From assembly GCA_964016885.1 (NCBI GenBank), contig OZ024740.1, positions 117,366,001 to 117,430,000 on the forward strand: a stretch of DNA of 64,000 bases, written 5' to 3'. This DNA comes from Eledone cirrhosa. Its lineage: Eukaryota. The notes beneath the pieces were generated by a model. It was given only the letters and a program-made list of their open reading frames with translations. It was not told where the DNA came from and ran no database searches. The position numbers and the translations under genes were made by a program. How positions within the stretch are numbered: position 1 is the stretch's first letter; each line of letters starts with the position of its first letter. Shown piece after piece: positions 25,526 to 40,318 of the stretch.

Positions 25526-26714
25526 AACTTTATTTTATCATGAGTTAAGGCTCTATTGATTTTTCCCTGGATTTCACTAAATTCTGTTGGATGAATCTAT
25601 ATCCTGATTCTTTTTGAATTGTGTTTGAATTATTTTTCCCACATCTTACGTTATCTATTTTCCCATTTTGACGCTATAGTCACTTATATATTATAAAATA
25701 GTGTGTGCTTCTTGCTCATAATAATTTCTATACTTTTCATTTATATATATATATATTTATAAAATTATAAAAATTATAAAAATGTCTGTCTGTCTGATTC
25801 ATATAATTTCATTAATATATCTGTGTATGTCAACCACGTAAATATATATATTAAGCATTTCCTTAGACTCTGTTTGCTATTTGATATTAACGTTGTTATA
25901 TCATATCATTTTTATGTAATCGTATTATAGATTTTAATATATGTCTGTTATTTGAGGTACTGTTCTGTTATATTTTGTAATATTTTGTGATATTTTGGTA
26001 ATATTTATGCCAATGTAAAATGACTTGACCTCCGTGTATTTGTTACAATGGTATAGATATTTTAACACAATTTTTTCAACACAATTTAGTTCTATATATT
26101 TTTTCTTATCCTGTGTAAAACTTTATACTATTTATTAACCTTGAATTATATGTATGATGTAATTTTGTATATCTTTTGATGCCAATATATTATAATATTA
26201 TTATTATAATGTTATTATAATGTTTTTATATTGTTTATGCACACTGACAGGGAATTATATATTATATTTTGTTTTTATTTTCATCTTTATTCTTATTTTT
26301 ATCTTTATTATATTTTACTGTAAACAATATATATATATATATATTTAAATACTTAATAAGTGTTAGTTTGTGTTTGTACTAATGTGTATATGTATAGATA
26401 TATATATATATACATATATTAAGGTTTTTATTATCACCATCCATTATATTTATTATATTCTATATCGTACTGTAATTCTCGCATTATATTACCATTTGTG
26501 TTTCAAGTTTTTGCATTATACAATATTTGCAATGTGGGTTCAACATGTTACTCACTTCCTTGCTATTTGGTCTATATCTATGTTTGTAACTGCTCACTCT
26601 TAATCTTAGCTAACTTTTCCTTGATATCTTTCCCAAGCTTTAATAGATGTATACTCCATATTCTTCTGAGTTTTTGGCTTGTATTGGCCGATAGTGCTTC
26701 TTGTAGCTTTACTT

Positions 26715-26752
26715 GCCCTGATGAGTCCTTAATAGGACGAAACATTGTTGGC
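26715..26752 (+). ncRNA. Minimal type I hammerhead ribozyme (PLE pLTR type)
   Basis: gcc-CTGATGA-gtcc(ttaata)ggac-GAAA-cattg-TT-ggc, followed by AATAAA at 26754-26759. Confidence 0.75.
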
Positions 26753-26901
26753 TAATAAAGACTTTTGATGTATTGAAGGCTTCTTTGGTTTATTTTTTAT
26801 AATTCTTCGGCTTTGTTTAATTACATTGAGCTATATCTTATACTGTCATTTCTATAATATGAAGAGGGTGTTTAACTCCAACACACTCTAGTATTTTAAT
26901 T

Positions 26902-26977
<76 letters not shown>

Positions 26978-29468
26978 GGACAAAACACTCAAACAATTAA
27001 GTATTTGCTTTGTCCTGTCCTTCATTTCAATTTTACATTTACTGACGCTACATAGTAATTTTCGTCTCTGATTATTTGACTCACCCTTTTTAACTGTGAC
27101 AACTACCATTCTAGCAACTGGAACGGTGGCAACGCACATCACCAGTCATCTTTATATTTTGATACATTATCATGTACTTTCATGTGTATTGAGTCCTCTA
27201 CTAAATTGCTTTATGCCCCAAAATATTTACGTTATTTACAAATAAAATAATTGCAATATATATATATGAGGGTGGAGGTAGTGTGTCCGCGTTCTTGTTA
27301 GCTGAAGGAAGTAAATTTAGTTTCCAGGGTAAAATTTCATTTCAATTATTTAAACGGCCTTTTTTCTCGTGCTTTTTTATTTTTATTTATTTCATTTCTT
27401 TTCTTTTCTGTACAAACTAAAATGTCACAAATAAATAGGAGCGAGATTGACAGAAGAGGAAAAATAAGCCGAAAAGAGAAGTGAAACGGTGTCAGGATTC
27501 AGAATAGTTATTGGTTTGTTCTTTCTCTATATAAAATTCACGACAAATGAAACCTAGAAGAGAAAGCAAATAACAAATATACTTTTTTAAATGCAATTAA
27601 GATTCCATTAAAAGTGAATGATGGAGAGATATAAAAAACAATATAACAATATATACAGTAATAGGGTATAACACGACCTAACGAAGTTAATTTAGACGAA
27701 GGGTGGAGGGCTGGGAGGATAGAAAGGAAGGAGAGAAATCTTAGGATGAAAGAAAAAGTCTTATAATGAAAGAGTAAGCAAGCTATTCCATGCCTTCTTA
27801 GTTTGCGCATATTAGTTTGTTATATGTAAGCATGGGATTTTATGTATTGAGAATATATAACTCTAACCTATTCCATAACACACTCTTTCATTCTCTCTTT
27901 ATCTGTTTTTTTTTCTTACTGTACGTTTTTATTTGAGTAGGTCTATAATTATTAGCGTTCCAGTTATGACCATCCAGCCCTTTTCAATTATAATATACAT
28001 TGAACTGCATTAGCCAATGTGTCTTTTTACTTTTAAAACTTAATATGATTTGAAGGAATTTTGGTTTATATTTCTAATAAATCGAGTAATCACGAAGTTA
28101 CTCCTTCGTTGCCTTCATCTCAGCCTACGTTCATAGCTTTGAGAAAATATAGTCATTCATACGTACTGCCTACACTTTAGAAAATTATGTACATTGTAAC
28201 GTCGCCCTTTCGGGAAATTGACGAAGAAATGACTAGTAGATGTAATCATTGTTTGCAACAAAACTACGATAATTTTGTTCGCCGCTGCTCGAGTTGTGTA
28301 CTTATCTGCTGATATCTTTTTACACCAACTTTATGGAACTCTATGCTGTAGAATTAGAGCAATTGATCCGAGGATAATTCTGTACTGCACTAAACATGTC
28401 TTCTTAGTACAAGTTTTGCTGTATTCATCATTTGCCTCAACTCAAAGATATATGAGATAGAATAGAAAGAGAGTAGGCATGAATCCAGCATGGTAGCCAA
28501 TAGAGTAAATAAAAAGAAAATCTATTAAAAAACCTGGCATATGGAAGTATATGTATATGTTTAAAACGTATACAGTAGGGTAACTATACCTCACGGTGTC
28601 GACAGCATATGTTGATATGGAACAGATTGCACAGATTCTAATTTTCGTTTTAATTCTCGAGAGTTCAATGAACTCCTTTCACCGTGCTTCGGGGAAGAAA
28701 GATTTCATAGCCATGTGGAAAAGGCGTCTAAGTGAACGTAATGTGAGTTAATTTGCATGTTGGTGTTGGTTTATTAGGAATTTGTTAAGAGTTGTGAAAC
28801 TAATCTTAATATCTAAATTAGTGCACCTTTTGTGGTTTACAACGCATTCTTTTTAAATGAATATAAACAATTTTTCTTTTTGGCATGAAGAAACCTCAGT
28901 TAAACGGTCACTGCTTTAAACTGTTTCTAACTGTGCAATTGAAATATAAGACCTTTTGACAATTTCTTTAGAGGAGGAAAGAAAACGTTCATGACTGATG
29001 CAGTGTTCCCAGCGTAGAAATGAACCACGATTCTTTGCTTGTTGTAGAAGGAAACACTGCCAAAATATATGAAGTTATCTTGAAAACAGTGTCTTGATCG
29101 GAATACTTGCAACAGAGTGAACTTCAACAAAGCAAACCAAGGGTCAGACAATTGTTTTAAACCAGATGGCGGATTACGTTTATGAACAGAAAAAAATGTA
29201 CCGTCCAAAATATTGAAAAAAAGTAATGATGGTGATGATGGTAAAATTAATAACATATTTTTAAAACTTTGCTTAAATGACAAGAATACAAAACATTTTA
29301 AGATAGAATAATATTGATAAATATGTCGGACTGTATATACATGAACACAAAATGTGGAATGTTAACAACAGTGCCTAAAGCACGTAAATTTATATACACA
29401 GGTACACATGCAATGCATAATATTAATACATTCTCATATAAATGCACGCGTACATAGACACACAACAC

Positions 29469-29519
<51 letters not shown>

Positions 29520-29853
29520 CCTTTTTTTTCTATAAAAGCCCATTCATGTATGCAACAATGTGTTAAAAAAGGGGTTATAAAGGCATATTGGAATACACAT
29601 ACGTGGTTATAAAAATATGAGAAATGGGGACAAGGATGGCATCTATGTATCTTATAGATAGTAATTGTCTGTAGGTATCTGTCTTGTATTCAGAAATTAT
29701 ACAGCGAACGACAACAAACAAATATATATTATTGTTCCTCACCACACCGGACAGGTAATTTTCATAATTATCTTGATGTATAAAAATCTGGCAATTTCCT
29801 TTTGCAATCGTCTGTCCTCCATTCGACAGAGAAAGAGAGTGAGCATAGAAAAG

Positions 29854-29902
<49 letters not shown>

Positions 29903-29925
29903 TATATATATATATATATACATAT

Positions 29926-30032
<107 letters not shown>

Positions 30033-30966
30033 TACGAGTGGACAAAATCGAAGAAGCAGGATAAAGGGAGATACGCATCAAGAGAGCCGAAGAGAAGTAG
30101 ATATATTAACATATGAAACCCACAAACATGCATTTAACCACAAATGAGAGGGATTAAGAAATATCGTCAGCGTTAAAATGAGAGACGAAAGTTGAACTGA
30201 GATTAAAAAAAAAAAAGAAAAAAGGAAAATTGGTAACAAATAGTGATTGGGAGTCAGCTTCGTTTGTAACACTATATTTGGAAGTGAGTGTATGTATTTG
30301 TGTTTACATTTCCACATAGGTACATTCACACACACAGACACACATGCGCACCCATATTGTACATCCCCTGTTGTTCCCTCGTTATATCCTAAAAGAAAGC
30401 ACTCTGATTTAAGAATTAATTCTTTGTTTCATTGAGAGAGCGAAGACAACCGCAATTAATTGGCTTTGTGTAGCATAACACCAGTTAATTTCGTAAACAC
30501 TATTATAATTATTTCACTCCTGGTTTACTTATTTATATAGGAATATAGGTGAGCGCTTCAATAGTCGGTATAAATATTTCATTTATTCTCAAATTGAAAA
30601 TGCTATACTAACCTCCTCTTTTTATCATGTGATGCTGCTCGTACACAAACTGTAAAATACTACTACAATGTGAGTGATATCCGATCTTTTGAGAGTTTTG
30701 GACAACCACGCTGATGACGATGCACCGTTTCTTACGTAAATCCCTGTTTAACAGACAGTAGAGGCCTTAGAAACAACGTTGACCCGGTAATTAGTAATTA
30801 ATTCTTTTGGCTTTGTTCATCTCCTGTTGTTCCCCAGCTAAATTATATAAAAGAAAGCACTGATTCAAGAATTCGTTTCTAGTTTTATTGAGAAATCGGA
30901 GTCAACCGTAATTAATTTGACTAATCAATGCAAAATCGGTTAATTTCACAAGTACTGTTATTATTT

Positions 30967-31137
30967 AGGGCGGTGGATTGGCAGTATCGGTAGAGAGTCG
31001 GACGCCATGCTTTACGGTCTGAGTTCAAATCCCGCCGAGGTTCACTTTGCCTTTCATCCTTACGGGGTCGATAAAATAAAGTACCAGTAATGTACTGGGT
31101 AATTGCTGGCCTTGTGCCTAAAGTAGAAACAATTATT
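30967..31137 (+). mobile_element. SINE, same family
   Basis: gggcggtggattggcagtatcgg...gtagaaacaattatt. Confidence 0.85.
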
Positions 31138-31329
31138 ATAGAAAGAAAAGTGCCTGAAAATGGAAAAAAATTCATAGATTAAAAACAAGCAAAGAAAAAT
31201 TGTAATACTGGCTGATTGCAACACTGAACCAAATCCTTCCCGCTAAGCATTACCAAAACCATGTAATGAAGCAGAACATATTAAGTAACTGCGGAATATA
31301 GTGTGGATAGTGATGGAACAACTCATCGT

Positions 31330-31910
31330 TTCTGGCTATCCAGCTTTAGACAAAAATAGAATACATGTAAAGGCATGATAAAGATGGGGCTTTCATACAC
31401 AATACGTTAAGCCATTTGTATCAAATACCGGCATCAAAGAGATTGTATTAACATACACAAGGAAAATTTCACAGAGAATGACAAACTGACTATACTCTGG
31501 GATATGCTAATCCACACAGACAGAGTGAACAAGGGTAGTTGGTGGAATATTTTTGTGAAGAACGACTGGGAAAGGCAGTGTTCCTTAATCGAAGTATAAA
31601 CCTCAACAGATAGTTATGCATCTCCAAAAAGAAAAGAATACTTATCCAAATACCTGGAAAGAGAGAAAACCAGAATCTGGAGACTGAAATAGAAACAATC
31701 CCTAAAATAATAAGTGCATTGGGAATTCTTAAAAAAAGGTAAAGATAAATACATAACCCAGACTTCACTACTTTCAATACAACAGCAAAGACTTAACCGA
31801 AAGAAAATACTGCACATACCCAAGGCGCCGCAGAGAGTTACGCCCGGTAGTGCAGTGAAATAACGCTACGAAAATAAGACTATACGTTGACTGAAAAATA
31901 ATAATAACAA
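31330..31910 (+). mobile_element. Decayed R4/Dong-like non-LTR 3' region with (AAT)n-like tail
   Basis: ILWDMLIHTD, RIW...TIP.IISALG, TAHI-like remnants followed by aataataataac. Confidence 0.5.
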
Positions 31911-32399
31911 AAATTATAATCAAAATATTAATGCTATAAAACTGCGAATGAAAATTATGAAGATTGACATGCTACAAGGAAAAAGTAAACGAAAAGAATG
32001 AATAACAAAACACAGCAAAATAAAATTACTACAAAAATACTTTTCAGCAAAAGCCGAACTAGAACAATACCATCAAAAATATGATTAGAAGAGAATATGA
32101 AAAGGATTCACAAATAGAGAATTCTTATCATAGACATTTCAAATATGATAATAGTCACCTGAAGATGTCAATCGTTAGATAAATAAAAAATCCTTAGATC
32201 TTCCTATATGCTAAATGTCCACACTTGTTATTTTGATAAGAAAATAGCATCAATGATCGCAACACATCCATCAGTAAATTTGACCCAATAAAATTAGTGT
32301 AAACAGGTGTGGACATCAATTATCACCTGGATAAAGTATTTAACCTAAGTAGCTGCTACATTTGCCACAAAGCACCACCACCAACAACAATAACAACAA

Positions 32400-32630
32400 T
32401 AATAATAATGGTTTCAGATTCAGGCACAAGGCCAGCAATTTTGGAGAAGGGGAAAGTCGATTAAATCGTCCCAAGTGCATTACTGGTACTATATTTTATC
32501 GACTCCGTAAGGATGAAAGGCAAAGCTAACCTCGGCAGGATTTGAACTCAGATCATAAAGGGGTGTAACCCTACGCCATAAAGAATGTTGTCCGACGCAC
32601 TGCCGATACTGCTAATCCATCACCCTCAAT
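32400..32630 (-). mobile_element. SINE, same family, longer 3' variant
   Basis: Core present, with the extra segment also seen at 38490-38535. Confidence 0.75.
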
Positions 32631-32649
32631 AACAATAACAACAAGTCGA

Positions 32650-33085
32650 GGTCAAAGCACAGGGGTCCGTCGGTAGTAGATGGTGGATGTGATGTATGCG
32701 TGTGCAACCTCTGCCCAACTTTTCAGAGACAGCTTGCTATCGGCCTATTTCTAGGTGTGAGTGGCCAACCTAGTTGCTTCCTCGTCTAAGTTTTTGTTCA
32801 TTTGCAGGTCCTGACTAAACCAGACATCGAGCAATTTAACCGGTTCATCCGTCCAACGCTCTTTGTTAGTGTTAGAGGGCATGGACCTGCCTATCTAGGT
32901 GACAAGCCACCGAGCTTCCGACGTTTCTTGGTTAATTTTAGCTCTTGTTATCGCTTGGTATTCCCAGAGAGCGATGCCGATCAACACATTTTCTACTCGA
33001 CACTACTACAGTGACGTCAGCATATGCTGACACGGATTTCTCACACCCCAGGTAGAGCGGGATGCCTCTCAACGCCTCTAATTTG
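32650..33085 (-). mobile_element. Decayed Tx1/L1-like LINE RT fragment
   Basis: LEALRGIP...VSAYAD(D)VTVVVS, AKIN, RWTDEPVKLLDVWF. Confidence 0.6.
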
Positions 33086-35066
33086 TGTTGTATTGAAACT
33101 GATACAACACCTGAATTTGTTAACACTAAGAACAACCATCTAAAACTCCAGGACTAAGAAAACAATAGATTTTCAGATATTTTGCTTACAGTATATGTAT
33201 CCTCACCAGCAGAAAATAATAATTAACTGGAAAAATAAAATAAACTTGCACAATGGCAGAAGTGATCCTACAAAAATGTAGATGTTTTTAAAGGCCTATT
33301 ACGGATCAATAATTCCATTACTGCATGATGGTTCTGAGCATGACATGAGTATGAGACAATTTTTGACAGTATTTGCTATATATGGATTCCTGAAATATTA
33401 ATAACGAATATGATAATATGACTAACAAACATGTATATAATAAATGCCACGAATCTGCAGATATAGACGAAATAGAAATTTATAACACGAAACCCTTTCA
33501 CTAGCAAAAAAGCTCATACTGGTATAGTCGATACTACAAACCTTGAATACTACTGATCTTAGAAAATGCTTACAATGACTAACAAGATGTCTCTAGTTGA
33601 TCCAGAAGCATAGAACTATAAATAATGATTAGAGTGTTATCAGTCTCAGCATACTTACCGAGGTTTGCTCAAAAGGTAGTCTTTATAAAATACTAACCAC
33701 TTACGATTCGTTTGGGGATATGATTTTTAAAAAATCAAAAGAATATTTGCAAATATGTAACTGGTCTTCTACGAGTTTGCATTTCATAAGAGGATACCTG
33801 TGTATTTTTCTTGATAGTGGCATCGGACCTTTTTTTTAAAAGAAACATGAAATAAAGAGCCTTGCTTAAGGAGACAGCGTGCAGTCCCAGACCAGATATC
33901 GAACCCATGGTTCCCTTGCCCTAAGTACTGGGGCACTTTCACATATTAGGGTAGCAATCTTGATTAGAGAAAATCGAAAATAACATAAACGTTAATAGTT
34001 GAAGTAGAAATATAACAGAATATTTCTACTCCAACAATCTAACGTGGCTCTATATGAACAAGAAGCGAATTATTAACAAGTGAAAGAATGAAATTTATAA
34101 CATCGGAATAGTAAAGAATTATTATTCCAGTATATAGTATTGGCTGCCAACCTAGGTAGAAACAACATTAAACAATTAAACCGAATACAAAGCACAATTA
34201 TAAAGAGAGTAATTAGATATAAAAGAAAATATGATCTTCCATCTTAAATCTTAAAACGGAGGAATTCTATAATTAGTTGTACAAAAGAGATGTGACGAGA
34301 AGATGAGGAAGCAAAGAAATTGTTGATAGCTACCCAAGTGCAAGTACTTAATACAAATTGTTGGGAGGAGGTGTCTATTATCTATTTGAGAGACCTCTAC
34401 CAATGTCGACTTTACGAGAGGACATAAACTATTACCACTAGAAATATTTGCTTAGATGGGCTACAAATTCGGTCATGACTAAGTGCAGTCCAATCTCTAT
34501 TAGAATCTATGTTGAAAGAATGCTGATAATAAGTCTTTGTAAATTGTATCAAGATATAAGCGAAAGTGCTTAGAAAAACAAACAAACAAGCAAATAATAT
34601 TATAGTATTTCAACATTCAATTACATTACTTTTAAGGAAAATTTGAAGCAAACAATGGTTGTTTTATAATTGATGTTTATGCACCTAACATATTGACAAT
34701 TTTTAATTTGTGAAGCAAATGACAAGGAAGGACTTAGGTAGAGTATAAACGAATGGAGAGAGAGTGTATAAGTGAGGTACCAGTAATATATAGAGCATCA
34801 GGTATTCATATTACGAATCTTTCATTCTATTTTGAATATTTGCAAAAAAGGTAGACATTATAAATCTAAAACTGAAATTGGTGGATTGGCAGAATCGTTT
34901 GAGCGTCGGACAAATCCTTTTGCGACATTTATTCATAGCTCTGTACGTTCTGATGACAAATCTCGCTGACATCAACAATGCCATTCCTCATTTCAAGTAC
35001 GATAAATAAAGTAGCAATAAAATACTGGCCTTGTACCAAAATTAGAAACCATTATCAATACAATAT

Positions 35067-35201
<135 letters not shown>

Positions 35202-35289
35202 TATATTGTATTGATAATGGTTTCTAATTTTGGTACAAGGCCAGTATTTGATTGCTATATATGACCTGACATATATATATATATATATG

Positions 35290-35570
35290 TCAGGTCACCA
35301 GTTGGTGCTACTGGTAACATGTATCCCAGTACAACCTGTCCCATGGTCGGGTCGTTGGCGACTAAACTGGCAACCCCACCAAGGTTTCTTGGTGAGGAGG
35401 GTGACTTTGGACATCCTGCAGGACTAAAAACAAAACCTGTTAAAGGGCAAAGGAGTTCTTAAGAGTCAATGGCCATCCAAAGTCACCGGGAGAGATGACC
35501 CCTTAGCCTTTGTCAAGGCAGAATTCTAGGAGAAGGAAAACTCTGATATAACACCTGCAACTCTGATGGT
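35290..35570 (+). mobile_element. Probable RTE LINE 5' UTR fragment
   Basis: ctaggagaaggaaaactctga motif, recalled as typical of RTE 5' UTRs; starts at a TA array. Confidence 0.4.
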
Positions 35571-35894
35571 ATCCAATGATGTTGACTTGTTCTTCTTTTT
35601 GGTAAATATCATCTTGGTTAAGAGAGTGGGACTGGCTTTGTGCAGTGCCTTTGCTCACTATAAAAGCTTCACGGCACAGGCATTGCTTTATATCTGGAGA
35701 TCTCTCTGCACATGTCGTCACTTGATACCATGGGCCCAGCACTATGTGTCAATAATTGTCACAAGTGTAGTGTTTGTACCAGAGTTTTCAAGTCGCTGGC
35801 TAGACTAAAAAGTCACACTCGTTCAACGCATCGGTAGGGGTTCTCCTGCATGGATATAAAGTAGTGGCCGTACTCGAAAACGAGTTGGCAGCCA

Positions 35895-35946
<52 letters not shown>

Positions 35947-35975
35947 TAGAATAGTACCCGTTAAAAATGACGAGG

Positions 35976-36400
35976 TCTTCTTCTTCTTCTTCTTCTTCTT
36001 CTTCTTCTTCTTCTTCTTCTTCTTCTTCTTCTTCTTCTTCTTCTTCTTCTTCTTCTTCTTCTTCTTCTTCTTCTTCTTCTTCTTCTTCTTCTTCTTCTTC
36101 TTCTTCTTCTTCTTCTTCTTCTTGATCTGGCTGGATCCCCAAGTTAGACCAGCTGAGCTCATGGATGGTATCTGACACCCTTGTTCGGGATCTACTTCTG
36201 GCTTTCCCGTCGGTTGCTTTTGCCTCTAAAATCTGTCCAACGAGTCTTTCCTGAGATAGTCTAACTAAATGTCCGTAGCATCGGAGCTTTGATTTCTCAA
36301 TTCTGAGAGGTAGTGACTCTACCTGGAGGAACCCCATTTCGGTCACTTATATTCGAGATCGTATTCTTTTGGTTATTACCCAAGATTCATGACAATAGGT
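35976..36400 (-). mobile_element. RTE-type LINE 3' end with long (GAA)n tail
   Basis: LRIEKSKLRCYGHLVRL...GKARSRSRTR followed by (GAA)n at 35976-36123. Confidence 0.75.
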
Positions 36401-36520
36401 AAGGGTTGGCATGAATACCAAGATACTTGAACTTTCCCACCTGCTTCAGTGGAACTCCTAAATAAATTGAATCCTGATCTGTTGAACAGATTTTCACCAT
36501 CATAACTTCAACTTCGTAAA

Positions 36521-36574
<54 letters not shown>

Positions 36575-37926
36575 AAATGTAATCTGAGTTTTTCGAATAT
36601 TAATAATAATATTCAATTGCTTTGCACTGATGCAGTTCTGTTTGGATGCCAATACAAGAGCGAGAATGAGGGGCTCATTCTACTGACATGGCTTATAAAA
36701 GAGGCTGTTTGCATCATTGCAAACGAATCGAATATTATTATTAATATTAGAAAAACTCAGATTACATTTATTGTATTCGTCCATGTAGAGCGATAACTAG
36801 TTGTTAGTTATATAAGAACAGAGTTTGTTCTAACTGCCCAGAGTATATGAGAACAAACTAAATATTTAGGAAGATTAATATCACAATCGAAACCGGTAAT
36901 ATGTAATAAAACTTAAATTCACTTATTTTTAACAAATATAAATTTATTTATTCTGTCAGATGAAAGAAAAACAAATCTTTAAATATACTTCTGTGCTTTT
37001 GTTCTCTTATTTTTTACTTATAATCTTCGATTTGTAAGGAATTATACCTCTTTTTGCAACTATATATACATAAATGTGTGTATGTGTGTGTGGGGGGTGG
37101 GGGTGGGGGGTGTATTAAAAAAATCAAAATTGGGAGGGAGACTGACTGAGAGGGACAGAAGAGAGAGCGAAATTTGGGGTGCCTTCTGGTAATGTTAAAA
37201 TCCTAATATACTCAATGTGAGATAAGGGAAGGGGAGAAAAAGGAAGGTAAATAAAAGGAAAGGAAATAAAAGAAAAGAAAAAGGAAGTAACAGAATAATG
37301 AGAGGGAAAAGGAGCAAGAAAAGGGGAGACATTAGGGGAAAGAAGGGGATTGTAAAAAAGGGATGAGTGACTTCTAGAAGTTAAGGAGATAATAACAACA
37401 GCAGGTGTTACAGTATATACAAATAAAGATTCAGCGAGAATCGCATTTCGGCGGGCAGGAAAACCGAAGCGAAATGCAAAAATCAGAAATGATACTGGCA
37501 AAGTGCTCAATAGTTAAAAACCAGAGCTAAACAATGTGTTAAGAAGTCATACAAAACTGAAAAGGTGGTCAAGAAGGCATTAACCACCCAAGCCAAAAAC
37601 CAAATCAAGCTAAACAGGTCAAAACAAAATAAATGATAAAATATAAATAGTATATATATATTATACAGAATTGAATAAAAGATATATAAAAATATATATA
37701 TAAATAAGGAATTTCCTGAATGCTAGAATATCAGAGATTCAACATTGGTAAAAGGCTATATAATTAAAAACAAAATTTATTTTCGCTCTAGCACGGTGGA
37801 TACCTAAATGTATTCTTGAGAGAATAATATTTTGTATCACTGGAACAAAAGGATGACACCAGTCAACTAGAAAACACACCTGGGATTATGAGGCTGTTTG
37901 CTTACAAACGAACCGAATATTATTAT

Positions 37927-38626
37927 TGTGGATTGGCAGTATCGGTAGAGGGTCGGACGCCATGCTTTCCAGCATAGTTACGTCCCTTTACAATCTGAGT
38001 TCAAATCTCGCCGAGGTTGACTTTGCCTTTCATCCTTACGGGGTCGACAAAATAAAGTACCAGTAATGAACTGGGTAGTTGCTGGCCTTGTACCAAAAGT
38101 AGAAACAATTATTATTATGATATTATTGGTGGATTAGCAGTATTCGTAGAGGATTGGACGCCATGCTTTGCAACATAGAGTTACGGTCCTTTACGGTCTG
38201 AGTTCAAATCACGCCGGGGTTAACTTTGCCTTTCATCCTTACGGGGTCGATAAAAATAAGCACCAGTAATGCACTGAGATAATTGCTGGCCTTGTACCTC
38301 AAATAGAAACAATTATTATTATTATTATTATTATTATTCACTCAAGGGCGGTGGATTGGCAGTAGCGGTAGAGGGTCGGACGCCATACTTTGCAGCATAG
38401 AGTTACGGCTCTTTATGATCTGAGTTCAAATCCGGCCGAGGTTAACTTTGCCTTTCATCATTATGGGGTCGATAAAATAAAGTACGAGTCACGCACTGGG
38501 GTCGATATAATCGACTTTCCCCTCCCCCCAAATTACTGGCCTTGTGCCTATATAAGAAACCATTATTATTATCAGTAATGTACTGGGTAATTGCTGGCCT
38601 TGTGCCTAAAATAGAAACAATTATTA
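37927..38626 (+). mobile_element. Tandem cluster of 3 full and 1 partial tRNA-derived SINEs (Meta-domain-like core)
   Basis: Box A-like tggcagtatcggtag, box B gagttcaaatc, core ctttgcctttcatccttacggggtcgataaa, (ATT)n tails. Confidence 0.85.
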
Positions 38627-38974
38627 TTCACTTACGAATAAATAATTATATATATAACCTTCTTCGCTTCCAAGGGAGGTAAATCCTTAATTTGAGAGGT
38701 GACGTGTTGCGACTCGTTCTCTGCCTTCAGCCTTGTCGTTTCGGCCACAAATCAGGGCTACGTTTGCCGCAGTGAAGAGGAAATAGACCTGACCGAGCGC
38801 TTTCACTTTGTACCACTTTCTTTCAATTCCTGTGGTGTATTTTGTATCCACCGCATTCCTTTTCCTACTGATTATTAAATACGGATGATGTCTCACTAAG
38901 CATTTCATACGCACCACACACAAACACAGACACAGACACACAGACACACATACACACATTAAACCCAGCTTACA

Positions 38975-39062
<88 letters not shown>

Positions 39063-39065
<3 letters not shown>

Positions 39066-39230
39066 CGAAGGAAGTGTGGTAAGGAACCAGATGGACCATA
39101 ACGCACCAGAGAACTCAATACTTAGGGTAATAGAGTGGGTAATAGGAAAATGTTTGACCCTGACGGCAGACCTCAAGCCGTTTCGACGGCTATTTCTGGA
39201 CTCTTTTAGTCCAGGGGTCAAACATTTTCA
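39063..39230 (+). repeat. TA-targeting fold-back element, family A
   Basis: Same body; short, deleted return arm. Confidence 0.8.
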
Positions 39231-39429
39231 TATATATATATATATCAGCACGTGATTGACGGCTGAGAGAAAAGAGTACTGAATAGCAAAGTAAAGTTTT
39301 AATATTAATTTTATTAAGGTTAAACAGTGAGACTTGTTACTCTGGAGTTTCACCTGTGATAAACAGGTGAAACTCCAGAGTAACTAGACTCATTATTTAG
39401 CTTTAATAAAAAGGTGATCTCCGATATAC

Positions 39430-39808
39430 TCTTGATAGGTTTTCTGCGCCGAGTGCTGCATGGAATGAGAATTAGTGCTGCGAAGACTGAGACGCTCGTT
39501 CTCTCAAGAACGCCTGCACAGTGCTCTTTAGATGTCCACGGAGAACACTGCTCCGATACTAGAGATATGTGGTTAGAATGTCTCTGGAAAGAATCACTAG
39601 ACATATTTTAAGGGCAAAACTAACTGGCAAGAAACCCAATGGTAGACCCCGAGAAAAATGGGTGGATAACATCCATGAGCATGTGGATCCAGCCGGATCA
39701 ATTGGAAACAATTGTTTTGAGGTGACTCGCTGGAAAACATGGTTTAGGACTCTGTCTCCGCGACTCTGCTAAGAATATGGGGGTGAAGATGAAGAAAAAG
39801 AAGAGAAG
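39430..39808 (+). mobile_element. RTE-type LINE fragment with 3' end
   Basis: GMRISAAKTE..., GKKPNGRPREKWVDNI, then a GAA-rich tail. Confidence 0.65.
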
Positions 39809-40227
39809 TCTTTACAAATGTCAACAACCGCCAAGTCCTCACTCCACCTTGATACTCTACGTGTGCTTATACCATTTAGATAACCAATTTTATATTCGTT
39901 TGAATTACATGTTTGTATGTCTGTGCAGCGTACGTAAATGGTTAATTGTCTTTTGTACTGATTACATGTCTTCTGAACGACGCCTTCCTAATTTGGATGA
40001 ACCCTTGTGGCAGGAGTCTAAGCTATGATTTCCCGATTGTTTACCTACCGAAAAACCGTTAGTTTAGAAAAGTCCGCTGAAGTTCGGGATATTTTGTTGA
40101 TATGTGTGTCGCATTTATTCGTCCATTTTCGTATTGACCTGGTTGTTCATGTTTTATCCTTTTTCTACTTGTTTCATTACACTTAATTTATCTAACGAGA
40201 CATAGTAATCTCTCATTTCTTTGATTA

Positions 40228-40318
<91 letters not shown>

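Noticed and set aside
28100-29280. Possible MULE-like transposase remnant (FMTD-like motif)
   Set aside because: Motif hints fall on both strands with many stops; not supportable by eye.
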